From Candidatus Poseidoniaceae archaeon (lineage in GTDB: Archaea > Thermoplasmatota > Poseidoniia > Poseidoniales > Poseidoniaceae): DNA of 32,000 nucleotides. The stretch spans positions 510,001 to 542,000 of the forward strand of contig CALSTM010000001.1 of assembly GCA_943789275.1 (NCBI GenBank), in the 5' to 3' direction. Below, piece by piece: positions 16,048 to 24,573 of the stretch. How positions within the stretch are numbered: the first letter of the stretch is position 1; the number at the start of each line of letters is the position of its first letter. Made by a program: the position numbers and the translations under genes. Under the pieces are notes generated by a model that saw only the letters and a list, made by a program, of their open reading frames with translations, ran no database searches and was not told the DNA's origin.

Positions 16048-16383
16048 TTACCGCTTCTCACCGCAAGATGCGCAGAAGTCAAGATCGTTTTCTAGACGCT
16101 TTCCACACCCCGAACAGTGGTCGTGGCCGAGGCTAAGTGACTCTGCCTTCGATACCGGTTGAGTATGTTCTTCATTTGACATTGAACGTACGAATTGGAA
16201 CGGGTCAATACCATGGTCGACCAATTCCTTGTAACGGTTTCCAAACAAAAGAGCTTCTTGTATTGCCGATTCAATTTGGAATTGCCTCGTTTCTCGGTCT
16301 TCACGGTCTGGAATTTCTTCTGATTCTTCCAAGATTGCTTGGAGATGGCGCATGAAGTCGCTCAGAGATGGGCCGTCGGACAT
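16048..16383 (-). CDS. Small hypothetical protein with a C-terminal zinc ribbon
   Basis: A 111-aa ORF with an acidic helical N-terminus and a C-terminal CSGC-x10-CASC. Its stop codon abuts the kptA stop with 0 nt between them (convergent genes). Confidence 0.5.
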   Translation of the reverse strand: MSDGPSLSDFMRHLQAILEESEEIPDREDRETRQFQIESAIQEALLFGNRYKELVDHGIDPFQFVRSMSNEEHTQPVSKAESLSLGHDHCSGCGKRLENDLDFCASCGEKR

Positions 16384-16486
16384 GTTGCTTGGTCGGTGCG
16401 GTGGGTCATCAATCCTTGGTGGAAAAATGTTGATTCCGGAGAAAATCGAGGGGTATGCTCATCAGCGATTTGCTCATGGGGGTATC

Positions 16487-17311
16487 ATGCGTGACAGGGT
16501 GGTCATCAAATGGGGAGGTGGACTCATCACCGACAAATCTTCACTTTGCACTCCGAATCTCGAAGTTTTGAAACAACTGGCCGAAACTGTTGCTGAATGC
16601 CATGCTGAAGGTCAAGAAGTCATTCTCGTTCACGGTGCAGGCTCATACGGCCACCTTCGAGCAAAGAACTGGAGACTCAATGAAGGACACATCCCCGAAA
16701 TGCCGCAGCCTGAAGGAAGTATTTGCGCCACGCAAAGAGATGCTGTAGAACAAGTCCGTCGAGAAATGCTGGAATTGAATCAACATGTCTGTACAGCATT
16801 GGCTGATGCTGGTATTTCGAGCATCGTTCATCCACCCCATCTATGGGCAACCAACACAGGAATGGATTTCCAAGGCGACCTCAAGAGATTCACTCTTCGA
16901 GATGATCACAAAATCCACATTACCTTTGGTGATGTTGTCGAAGTACAAGGTGAACAACAGTTTGGTATCTTATCGGGCGACGACTTGGTTGTTCGATTGG
17001 CACTTGAGTTACCTCATGTCAAGCGTCTAGTGTTTGCCGTTGGCGGTGTTGACGGATTGCTTCGTGTGCCGCCAGAATTTGCTACAGAAGACGACCTCAT
17101 CGAGAAATGGTCGCCTGATATTGAGTTTGAAGGCGTACACCAATCCGACATCGACGTCACAGGAGGGATTGGTTTGAAAGCTGCGAGGGGTGCACATGTT
17201 GCTGCTCGAGGAATCGAGGTTTTGATGGTCAACGGTGGGATACCGGAACGGGTTTTGGCAGCCATGCTCGGAAATCCCGTTCGTGGAACCATTGTCACCA
17301 ATAAACAGTGA
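16487..17311 (+). CDS. ipk: Isopentenyl phosphate kinase (amino-acid-kinase fold)
   Basis: VVIKWGGGLITDK, ILVHGAGSYGH, ILSGDDLVVRLA, VGGVDGLL and IDVTGGIGLK are the IPK signature strings. The alternative ATG at 16427 has GGTGG 4 nt upstream and would add 20 aa. Confidence 0.85.
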   Translation: MRDRVVIKWGGGLITDKSSLCTPNLEVLKQLAETVAECHAEGQEVILVHGAGSYGHLRAKNWRLNEGHIPEMPQPEGSICATQRDAVEQVRREMLELNQHVCTALADAGISSIVHPPHLWATNTGMDFQGDLKRFTLRDDHKIHITFGDVVEVQGEQQFGILSGDDLVVRLALELPHVKRLVFAVGGVDGLLRVPPEFATEDDLIEKWSPDIEFEGVHQSDIDVTGGIGLKAARGAHVAARGIEVLMVNGGIPERVLAAMLGNPVRGTIVTNKQ

Positions 17312-17411
17312 ATTGAAAGGTATTTTTCTATCCAATTTGGATTCCTTTTCTCAACCCATAATACAGAACTCTTCATGTAGCGACCGCGAATCCGTTGGAG
17401 TTGGGGTTCAC

Positions 17412-19169
17412 ATGAGCGGATACGACATCACAGACGTTCCAAACATTGAACTGTCTGATTCTGAGAAAGATTTACTCGACTCATTGGGTGCAGACTCAAT
17501 ACAGTCTACCCTTATGTCCGAAGCAATTATTGCGGTCGATGAGCAAGACATCGTTCTCGGACCAATGTCCAAAATTTCGGCTCACCGTGACGCAGGAGCA
17601 TACCATCGTGCATTCAGTGTCCTCCTCTTTGACTCCAAGAAACGATTGCTGCTTCAGCGCCGTGCCCACGACAAGGTTACTTTCCCTGGTGTGTGGGCAA
17701 ATTCGTGTTGCTCTCACCCCCTTCACAGCGATGAAGAACTGGCAGAAGATGGAGCAATGGGTGTCAAAACAGCAGCCATACGGAAATTGGAGCAAGAACT
17801 CGGTATCGCTCCTGAACTGTTTTCTCCTGACGACTTTACCTTTATGACAAAGATGCGCTATTCAGCCCGAATGAACGAAACGTGGATTGAACGTGAAATT
17901 GACCACATACTGGTTGTTCAGAAGGATGTTGAACTCAAAATTAACCAAAACGAAGTTTCCGATACGATGTGGGTCTCACACGATGAGTTGGAAGAAATGC
18001 TCATCGAAGAAAACCGTACAAACGGTTCTGTTGCCCCTTGGTTTCGGTGCATAGCCGCCCGAATTATGAACGACGATTGGTGGAAAGCAATCGGCGACAC
18101 AGATGCACTTGACGCATTAAGTGATGAAGAGATTCACGACATGGGTGATGTGACGCACATGCTCCCTGAGGCAGAAGGTGCTGGACTGAACATTTCAGTG
18201 CTCGAAGTGAAACCCCTTGTTGAAGAACGCATCATGACCAGTCTGATGGCCTCTCGCCATGAACGGCTTGCTGCAGCGATGACTCACCTCATTCACGGTG
18301 GTGGAAAGCGCTTGCGTGCTACTTTACCATGGCTTGTTGGAAAGGCTGTAGGAGACTCTCACTCTGGTATGCTTGATGTGGGAGCTGCAATCGAGACGGT
18401 ACACAATTTCACATTGGTTCACGATGATATCATGGACGATGATGAAATTCGACGAGGTCGAAATGCTGTCCATATCGAGTTCGACCTTCCTACAGCAATC
18501 AATGCTGGTGATGCTATGCTGGCCATTGCTTTCGAAAGGTTGGTACAAGCAGAAGGCTTGCAAGCAGACGACGTTGCACCACTCGTCAACAGAATCGCTT
18601 GGATGGTTCGTCGAGTCAGTGAAGGCCAGCAAATGGATATCGAGTTTGAAGATGAACTTGCAGTGTCTGAAGATGATTACATTGAGATGATTGAAGGAAA
18701 AACTGCAGTTATGTTCCTCACATGTGCTGAAATAGGTGCACGGATGGCTGGAGCTGACCAAGAAACCATTGAATGCATGGCGGATTGGGGACTTGCAGTT
18801 GGACTGTGCTTCCAACTTATGGATGATTTGATTGATGTTCTTTCTGATTCTGATGTGCTCGGCAAGCCGGCTGGCTCAGATGTGGCCCAAGGGAAGCGTA
18901 CGTTAATGGTGATACATGCACTTTCGCAACCGGATTCAGAAGACAAGCAAACGCTGCTTGCTGCATTAGGCAAAGGCGAAGAGGCTGATGCGCAATCCAT
19001 TGATGCGGCATTAAAGGCATTAGGGAACCTAGGCTCTATCGACTATGCTAAGCAACGAGCAGTCGATTACCATGCAAAGGCCCACGCCTGTTTGGATCGA
19101 ATCCCGCAAGGACCAGCAATGAAGGCTCTTCGTGAACTAACGGACTTCCAATTGAAACGTATTAGTTGA
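17412..19169 (+). CDS. Fusion protein: type 1 isopentenyl-diphosphate isomerase (eukaryote-like) + short-chain trans-prenyl (geranylgeranyl) diphosphate synthase
   Basis: One uninterrupted 585-aa frame. The N-terminal half (~17514-18095) has HRAFSVLLF, LLLQRRAHDKVTFPGVWANSCCSHPL, EREIDHILVV and PWF...WW. The C-terminal half (~18198-19166) has GGKRLRA, FARM DDIMDDDEIRRG (18423 onward) and SARM FQLMDDLID. Phe sits five residues before the FARM, the position that determines a short-chain product. Confidence 0.85.
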   Translation: MSGYDITDVPNIELSDSEKDLLDSLGADSIQSTLMSEAIIAVDEQDIVLGPMSKISAHRDAGAYHRAFSVLLFDSKKRLLLQRRAHDKVTFPGVWANSCCSHPLHSDEELAEDGAMGVKTAAIRKLEQELGIAPELFSPDDFTFMTKMRYSARMNETWIEREIDHILVVQKDVELKINQNEVSDTMWVSHDELEEMLIEENRTNGSVAPWFRCIAARIMNDDWWKAIGDTDALDALSDEEIHDMGDVTHMLPEAEGAGLNISVLEVKPLVEERIMTSLMASRHERLAAAMTHLIHGGGKRLRATLPWLVGKAVGDSHSGMLDVGAAIETVHNFTLVHDDIMDDDEIRRGRNAVHIEFDLPTAINAGDAMLAIAFERLVQAEGLQADDVAPLVNRIAWMVRRVSEGQQMDIEFEDELAVSEDDYIEMIEGKTAVMFLTCAEIGARMAGADQETIECMADWGLAVGLCFQLMDDLIDVLSDSDVLGKPAGSDVAQGKRTLMVIHALSQPDSEDKQTLLAALGKGEEADAQSIDAALKALGNLGSIDYAKQRAVDYHAKAHACLDRIPQGPAMKALRELTDFQLKRIS

Positions 19170-19632
19170 ATTCAACTGTATCGCCAATTTTTACGCTCCC
19201 TTCACTGAGGACTTTCGCATACCATCGAGTCATATGTGGTGCAACTTTCACTGAGATTTCTTTGAACTTGCCGTTGGTAAACGATTCCCGAATCGTCTTG
19301 CACGGTGGAGCGTCGGAAGTGACTTCCAAAATGACTTCAGCAAAATGAAAAACCGTTCCAACACCGACTTTTTCCCATTGTACACCCTCCACAAGTATAT
19401 TTTCCCCGACTGAACCTGGGTAGATCGGATGACCGTTCTCTTGGAGATGACGAATCACCTCGAGACTGAAGAGGCATACGGCCTTATCCGGTCCTCCATG
19501 ATGTTTCTTATCCCGTTGGAAATCACCAACGCATCCATTGAGTTGCACGAGGAGTTCTTCGACCAATGGCTTTGGCACGCCACCCTTAGGGGCAGCATAG
19601 AGGCCCGCAATCGAGCCAAGCATTTGAATCAC
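19162..19632 (-). CDS. MOSC domain protein
   Basis: GDFQRDKKHHGGPDKAVCLFS, PGSVGENILVEG and APPCKTI fit the MOSC beta-barrel signature. The GTG at 19632 overlaps the EF-2 TGA as GTGA. An alternative ATG lies at 19623. Confidence 0.75.
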   Translation of the reverse strand: MIQMLGSIAGLYAAPKGGVPKPLVEELLVQLNGCVGDFQRDKKHHGGPDKAVCLFSLEVIRHLQENGHPIYPGSVGENILVEGVQWEKVGVGTVFHFAEVILEVTSDAPPCKTIRESFTNGKFKEISVKVAPHMTRWYAKVLSEGSVKIGDTVEFN

Positions 19633-21836
19633 TCAGAATAGTAGGATTCTGGGTAAGGTTCTGGCTTGAGCCCCTTACGTGTACGAATCTGACCGACGAC
19701 TTTGTCAAACAACTGCGGCGGCAATTGTTCGAACCCGAGGTTCTCTGTGTTCCAAACTGCACGACCTTGAGATGCTGCACGAATGTCGTTTGAGAAACCA
19801 AATGTTTCTGCGATTGGAAGAACACCAACGACGGTTGTCACTTCACCTTCAGATGGCATGTCTTCGATGATTCCACGGCGGTTGGTAACTTCACGGGTAA
19901 CTTGGCCGAGCCAGTCGTTCGGAACGGAAACGAATGCCTTTTGCATTGGTTCCAAAAGAACGGTCTTTGCCCGCATCATTGCACCCTTGATTCCATTACG
20001 AACTGCTGGGATGGTTTGTGCTGGTCCACGGTGAATTGCGTCTTCGTGGAGTTTTGCGTCAACCAAACGAACAAACATTCCCTGAACTGGTTCATCAGCA
20101 ATTGGACCCTTTGAACAAACGCCGTTGAATGCTTCAATAATGAGTTCACGGGTTTCGTGTAGGCCTTGAATACCCTTGGTGTCGTTCACAAGAACGTTTG
20201 AACCGTTGATCGCGTAAATCTTGCGCATCAAATCTTTATCCATGCCGAGTTCGCCGAACTTACGTCCAGTTTCCTTTGCATCGTTTGGCCGGATGGTTCC
20301 GGAACCCAAATCTCCAGCACGGAGTGCTGCAACGACTTCGGGGGTGAGTGCTTCAATTTCAAAGAAGAAACGGTTGTGTCGGTTTGGAGATTTGCCCTCA
20401 AACGAATTTCCACGGTTGCTTCCTTGGATACCTTCTCGGTAAACCACAATAGGTGGGCTAACGCTGACCTTGATGTTCTGTTCTTCTTCGATTCGGTAGA
20501 CGGTGATTTCCAAATGCAACTCACCCATACCAGCAAGCAGTGCTTCACCGGTTTCTTGGTTCGTTGTCACTTGAAGAGATGCGTCAGACTTTGCTAGAGA
20601 GCGGAGAGCGTCAATGAACTTTGGAAGGTCCTTCATGCTCTTTGGTTCTACAGCAACGGTAACGACCGGGTCTGAGTAGTGTCGAATTGCTTCGAATGGT
20701 GTGAAGTCCTTGTCACGAGAAAGTGTAACACCAGCAGCAGCTGAGCGGATACCAGTAAGTGCTGCAATGTTTCCTGCAACGACCTTGGGGACAGTAATTC
20801 GATCTCCACCGACCATCATGCTCACTTGTTGAACACGTTCAGGCTTGGCTGCGCCAATGGCAAACACCGATTCACCCTGAGCTATTGCGCCAGAGTAGAT
20901 TCTTCCAACTGCAACTTCTCCTGCGTGAGGGTCCATCCAAATCTTGGTGATCATCATGGCAAGTTCAGCTTCAGGGTCACAGCTAATCATTGCCTTACCA
21001 ATTGTTGAGTCGAGGTCACCGGTCCAAATGTTCGGAATACGGTAGGGTTGAGCCTCAACAGGACCTGGCAACTTAGAGACTGCCATGTCCAGAAGAACTT
21101 CGTGGACAGGAGCCTTTTGAGCGAGCGTCTTTTGGTCCTCGTTGTTACAGTATTCGAAAATTTCAGTAAACGAAATCTTGGACTTTGCCATGTAAGGCAC
21201 TGTGATTCCCCAGTTGTGGTATGCAGAACCAAATGCAACGGTTCCGTCTGCAACGGAAACTTGCCAGCTCTTCTTGAATTCTTCAGGTGCAAACTGCTTG
21301 ATAAGTCGGTTGACCTTCTTAATGGTCTCCGTAAATCGGGCCATCATGTCTTCAGGGGTGACCTGCAATTCATTGATGAGACGGTCGACCTTGTTGATGA
21401 AAAGAACAGGCTTTACTTTTTCCTTTAGCGCCTGTCGAACAACTGTTTCAGTTTGTGGCATTGGCCCTTCGACTGCGCAAGCAAGAATGAAACATCCGTC
21501 AACAGCACGCATGGCACGGGTGACGTCACCGCCAAAGTCAACGTGACCTGGCGTGTCGATGAGGTTGATCAGATAGTCGGTGCCTTCAACAGCGTGGACC
21601 ATCGATGCAGATGCTGCGTTAATGGTAATACCACGTGCGGATTCTTGTTCATCAAAGTCGAGAACGCGAGCGGCACCAGCAAGGTCACTGGACATCATTC
21701 CAGCACCTGCAATGAGGTTATCAGAAAGCGTTGTTTTTCCGTGGTCAATGTGTGCTGCGATGCACAAATTTCGAATCTGAGGTAAAATATGCATTACTTC
21801 TGTTGCTTTGTTAATGTTGTCTTCCTTTCGGCCCAT
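19629..21836 (-). CDS. fusA: Translation elongation factor 2 (aEF-2)
   Basis: 735 aa with G1 AHIDHGKTT, DTPGHVDF, NKVDR and the diphthamide-site context HEDAIHRG. AGGTGAT lies 4 nt upstream of the ATG. Confidence 0.97.
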   Translation of the reverse strand: MGRKEDNINKATEVMHILPQIRNLCIAAHIDHGKTTLSDNLIAGAGMMSSDLAGAARVLDFDEQESARGITINAASASMVHAVEGTDYLINLIDTPGHVDFGGDVTRAMRAVDGCFILACAVEGPMPQTETVVRQALKEKVKPVLFINKVDRLINELQVTPEDMMARFTETIKKVNRLIKQFAPEEFKKSWQVSVADGTVAFGSAYHNWGITVPYMAKSKISFTEIFEYCNNEDQKTLAQKAPVHEVLLDMAVSKLPGPVEAQPYRIPNIWTGDLDSTIGKAMISCDPEAELAMMITKIWMDPHAGEVAVGRIYSGAIAQGESVFAIGAAKPERVQQVSMMVGGDRITVPKVVAGNIAALTGIRSAAAGVTLSRDKDFTPFEAIRHYSDPVVTVAVEPKSMKDLPKFIDALRSLAKSDASLQVTTNQETGEALLAGMGELHLEITVYRIEEEQNIKVSVSPPIVVYREGIQGSNRGNSFEGKSPNRHNRFFFEIEALTPEVVAALRAGDLGSGTIRPNDAKETGRKFGELGMDKDLMRKIYAINGSNVLVNDTKGIQGLHETRELIIEAFNGVCSKGPIADEPVQGMFVRLVDAKLHEDAIHRGPAQTIPAVRNGIKGAMMRAKTVLLEPMQKAFVSVPNDWLGQVTREVTNRRGIIEDMPSEGEVTTVVGVLPIAETFGFSNDIRAASQGRAVWNTENLGFEQLPPQLFDKVVGQIRTRKGLKPEPYPESYYSE

Positions 21837-21980
21837 GAAATCACCTATGACTTCTCGTCAATCTTGGCCACCGGAATGGGGTTCTTAAGTGACTCGCTAC
21901 AGAGGTACGAAATGCAACGACCGTGGAGTCATGAATCAACACCAAAGGGCCTGTTTTCGAGGCCAACCAGAAGGATGACT

Positions 21981-22619
21981 TCAACGAGCGGAGGAAGCGA
22001 TACGTTCCAACTCTTCTTTCTTTGCGACCGCAAAGGAAGTTGCATCTCCAGCAGCTGCTTTTGACAATTCGTTGATGATGCAGTTCGTGAGTGTTCGCTT
22101 CGACTTGTGGGTGCCTTGTTGGGCGCCCTTTGCGAGGTTACGTAGTGCTACGTCAAGACGGCGGGAAGGCGATGAATCGACTGCCTTTGGTTGAGATACT
22201 GCGCCGAACTTGATTCGAGTGATTTCTTCCATTGGAGCGCCGTTGCAGATCGCATCGACGAAGACTTGGAGGGGGTTGTCACCGGACTTTGCCGCAATGG
22301 CATCCAATGCTGCTTCAAAAGCCTTCATTGCACCTTGCTTCTTACCAGTGTAAGGTCCAGTTCTCATGAGTTTGTTGATGTAACGCTCGACAACAGACAA
22401 CTTTGCTTTTCCAAACCAAGCGTTTGCGTGCCGGCCACCGGTGTGCGGGATACCGACGGTTGTGAGGTTGATGTAGGGGGAAAGTCCAGGGTCTTTGCAG
22501 GTGATTGCAGATGAATCCCACTTACCGAAGACAAGAGTTCCGATCCCAGCGATTGGGCGTACATCTTCGACTACAACTTCTTCTTCTTCTTCAATTACAA
22601 CTTCAGATTCCGTCATCAT
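21981..22619 (-). CDS. rps7: 30S ribosomal protein uS7
   Basis: LVFGKWD..., PHTGGRHA, KAMKAFEAALDAIA and EELERIASSAR are typical of archaeal S7. I trimmed the start to ATG 22619 (or 22616). GAGGTG lies upstream and overlaps the S12 stop. Confidence 0.92.
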   Translation of the reverse strand: MMTESEVVIEEEEEVVVEDVRPIAGIGTLVFGKWDSSAITCKDPGLSPYINLTTVGIPHTGGRHANAWFGKAKLSVVERYINKLMRTGPYTGKKQGAMKAFEAALDAIAAKSGDNPLQVFVDAICNGAPMEEITRIKFGAVSQPKAVDSSPSRRLDVALRNLAKGAQQGTHKSKRTLTNCIINELSKAAAGDATSFAVAKKEELERIASSAR

Positions 22620-22626
22620 CAACACC

Positions 22627-23058
22627 TCAGCGAATTGGCTTCTCCTTTCGACCTCGGACCATTTCATCAAGTGAAACACCGTTGACTTGGATGACCTTGT
22701 ACCGGACACCAGGAATATCTCCGTACGAACGACCCATACGTCCACCGATACCTTCGACCATCACTTCGTCGTGTTCATCGATGAAGTTGATTGCACCGTC
22801 ACCAGGAGCGAAAGCAGTGAGTTTGTTTCCGTTTTTGATGAGAGAAATTTTGACAGCCTTACGAATTCCGGAGTTCGGTTGTTTCGCTTCGATACCGACC
22901 TTTTCGATGACGATACCCTTGGCTTGAGTGGACCCAGCAAGCGGGTCGTGCTTGGCTCGCGACTTGAGCATTCGCTTCTTGTATCGACGGTCCGACCAGC
23001 GGAACTTTTGTCGGTCCTTTGCCATTTTAGCACCTGCGAAGAGTCCTCTACCCATCAT
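22627..23058 (-). CDS. rps12: 30S ribosomal protein uS12
   Basis: [57 protein letters not shown] and [10 protein letters not shown]. The start is ambiguous between GTG 23064, ATG 23058 and ATG 23055. GGTGAT lies at 23060-23065. Confidence 0.95.
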   Translation of the reverse strand: MMGRGLFAGAKMAKDRQKFRWSDRRYKKRMLKSRAKHDPLAGSTQAKGIVIEKVGIEAKQPNSGIRKAVKISLIKNGNKLTAFAPGDGAINFIDEHDEVMVEGIGGRMGRSYGDIPGVRYKVIQVNGVSLDEMVRGRKEKPIR

Positions 23059-23096
23059 AATCACCGCATTGAAGCACTTTGCCGACTTGAATCCCC

Positions 23097-23105
23097 TATT
23101 TAATA
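23097..23105 (-). promoter_or_regulatory. Candidate TATA box for the S12-S7-EF2(-MOSC) transcription unit
   Basis: The minus strand reads TATTAAATA about 43 nt upstream of the S12 ATG. That spacing would place a start site ~25 nt downstream and leave a short leader containing the GGTGAT Shine-Dalgarno motif. This rests on sequence pattern alone. Confidence 0.35.
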
Positions 23106-23256
23106 GCGACCCTCAAAGCCCATGTGAATGTATGCATGAGCGTTCGATTGAATTACCAAGATTTGCATCTCACTTTTCTCCAAATGTCCGATTTTAGGCA
23201 GTATTGTCACCCCTTGCATAAACAAGGTTCAAACCATGCGTCAATGTGGACGAACC

Positions 23257-24528
23257 ATGGCCTTTCGTGACCACCTTGGCGCAGCCAAAGAAGAAGCAGC
23301 TTCAACAAGTCTCATCCATGGAATGTGGGAGCACTCTCGGGCGAGTCATCATGACCTCACAGTCTTCAGCAATATCCCAGAGTCGCCCGGTCATCGGGCA
23401 GCCATAAACATCCTTACCCGTGATCGCTTGTGCGAATCCATTGGAATTACTCCAGAGGAATACATCGATACCCTCGGATGGGCAATGAGCAACCCAAGTG
23501 AACCTGTGATTGTCGATGCGTCTGAGGCTGAATGTTTTGAAAACTTACAGGAAGTTGTCGACATTACCAAACTACCAATACCGCATCATTGGCCTCAGGA
23601 CCGTGGGCGATATTCGTCGGCAAGTGTCATCATTGCCGAAGATGCTGGAATACGAAACATGTCGTTTCACCGCCAATTTGTACGCGATGAGAATCACCTG
23701 GTCGTTCGTTTGGTGCCGCGGCATCTGCGCACCCTCACGATGAACGCTCGAAAAGAAGGGCGTGAAGTCGACATTGCCATTGTCAATGCACCTGATCCCG
23801 TTGTACTCTTGGCAGCAGCCATGTCCTTCGATGAAAACATCGACGAATTAACCATTGCAGCGGCACTTCATGAGAAATTGTACGGCAAACCACTTCGTCT
23901 GACACGGCTGCCAAATGGTGTTCTGGCTCCGGCTGATGCTGAGTATGTCCTCTGGGGTCGTATAACTGGAGAAGACGATGATGAAGGCCCATACGTCGAC
24001 ATTACGGGAACGGTTGATGATGTTCGCCAAGAACCGGTCATTGAAATCGATGGTGTTGTTCATCGAGACAATCCAATATTCCATGCGCTCATTCCAGGTG
24101 AGGCTGAACACAAGACCTTGATGGGATTGCCTCGTGCCCCGACCATCAAATCTGCTGTCAATGAAGTGTGTGAATGTATTGATGTACACATGACTGAAGG
24201 CGGCTGTGGTTGGCTTGCTGCAGTTGTGAAAATACGCAAGAAGAAACCTGAAGATTCAATGAATGCAATCCATGCTGCTCTAGCAGGCCATCGAAGTATG
24301 AAGATGGTGACGGTCGTTGACGAGGATATTGACATCGGAAACCCAGTCCGAGTCGAATGGGCCATGGTGACGCGATGGCAGCCTGACAAAGATACACTGA
24401 TCCTCTCAAATCAAAAAGGAAGTTCTCTTGACCCATCCCGAGATGGAGATGGACTTACGGCAAAAGTTGGTTTTGATGCAACGCTTCCTTGGGGAGTAGA
24501 CCATGATGGATTCATGTCCGTCCAATAA
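23257..24528 (+). CDS. UbiD-family (prenylated-FMN-dependent) decarboxylase. Candidate trans-anhydromevalonate-5-phosphate decarboxylase
   Basis: A 423-aa ORF with UbiD-family strings: GRYSSASVIIAEDAGIRNMSFHRQ, VVRLVPRHL, EGPYVDITG and HALIPGEAEHKTLMG. The specific substrate assignment is inferred from length and from isoprenoid gene neighbours, not from the sequence alone. Confidence 0.7.
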   Translation: MAFRDHLGAAKEEAASTSLIHGMWEHSRASHHDLTVFSNIPESPGHRAAINILTRDRLCESIGITPEEYIDTLGWAMSNPSEPVIVDASEAECFENLQEVVDITKLPIPHHWPQDRGRYSSASVIIAEDAGIRNMSFHRQFVRDENHLVVRLVPRHLRTLTMNARKEGREVDIAIVNAPDPVVLLAAAMSFDENIDELTIAAALHEKLYGKPLRLTRLPNGVLAPADAEYVLWGRITGEDDDEGPYVDITGTVDDVRQEPVIEIDGVVHRDNPIFHALIPGEAEHKTLMGLPRAPTIKSAVNEVCECIDVHMTEGGCGWLAAVVKIRKKKPEDSMNAIHAALAGHRSMKMVTVVDEDIDIGNPVRVEWAMVTRWQPDKDTLILSNQKGSSLDPSRDGDGLTAKVGFDATLPWGVDHDGFMSVQ

Positions 24529-24573
24529 GCATCTCAACGAAGATATTGAAAGCGAAGACATCGAGTGGTCGCT

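Noticed and set aside
17014-17376. 120-aa and 102-aa minus-strand ORFs opposite the IPK gene
   Set aside because: They overlap the strongly supported IPK frame completely. Their Pro/Ser/Thr-rich products are typical of antisense translation.
17235-17411. N-terminal extension of the IDI-GGPPS ORF (track start 17235)
   Set aside because: It would overlap the last 77 nt of IPK and add a non-conserved leader. The ATG at 17412 sits closer to the start of the recognisable IDI region.
21905-21975. Independent ncRNA gene or riboswitch in the S7-EF2 spacer
   Set aside because: I can see only a 4-5-bp hairpin. I recognise no conserved riboswitch or C/D-box (RUGAUGA...CUGA) pattern. I kept it only as a minor note within the str-operon finding.
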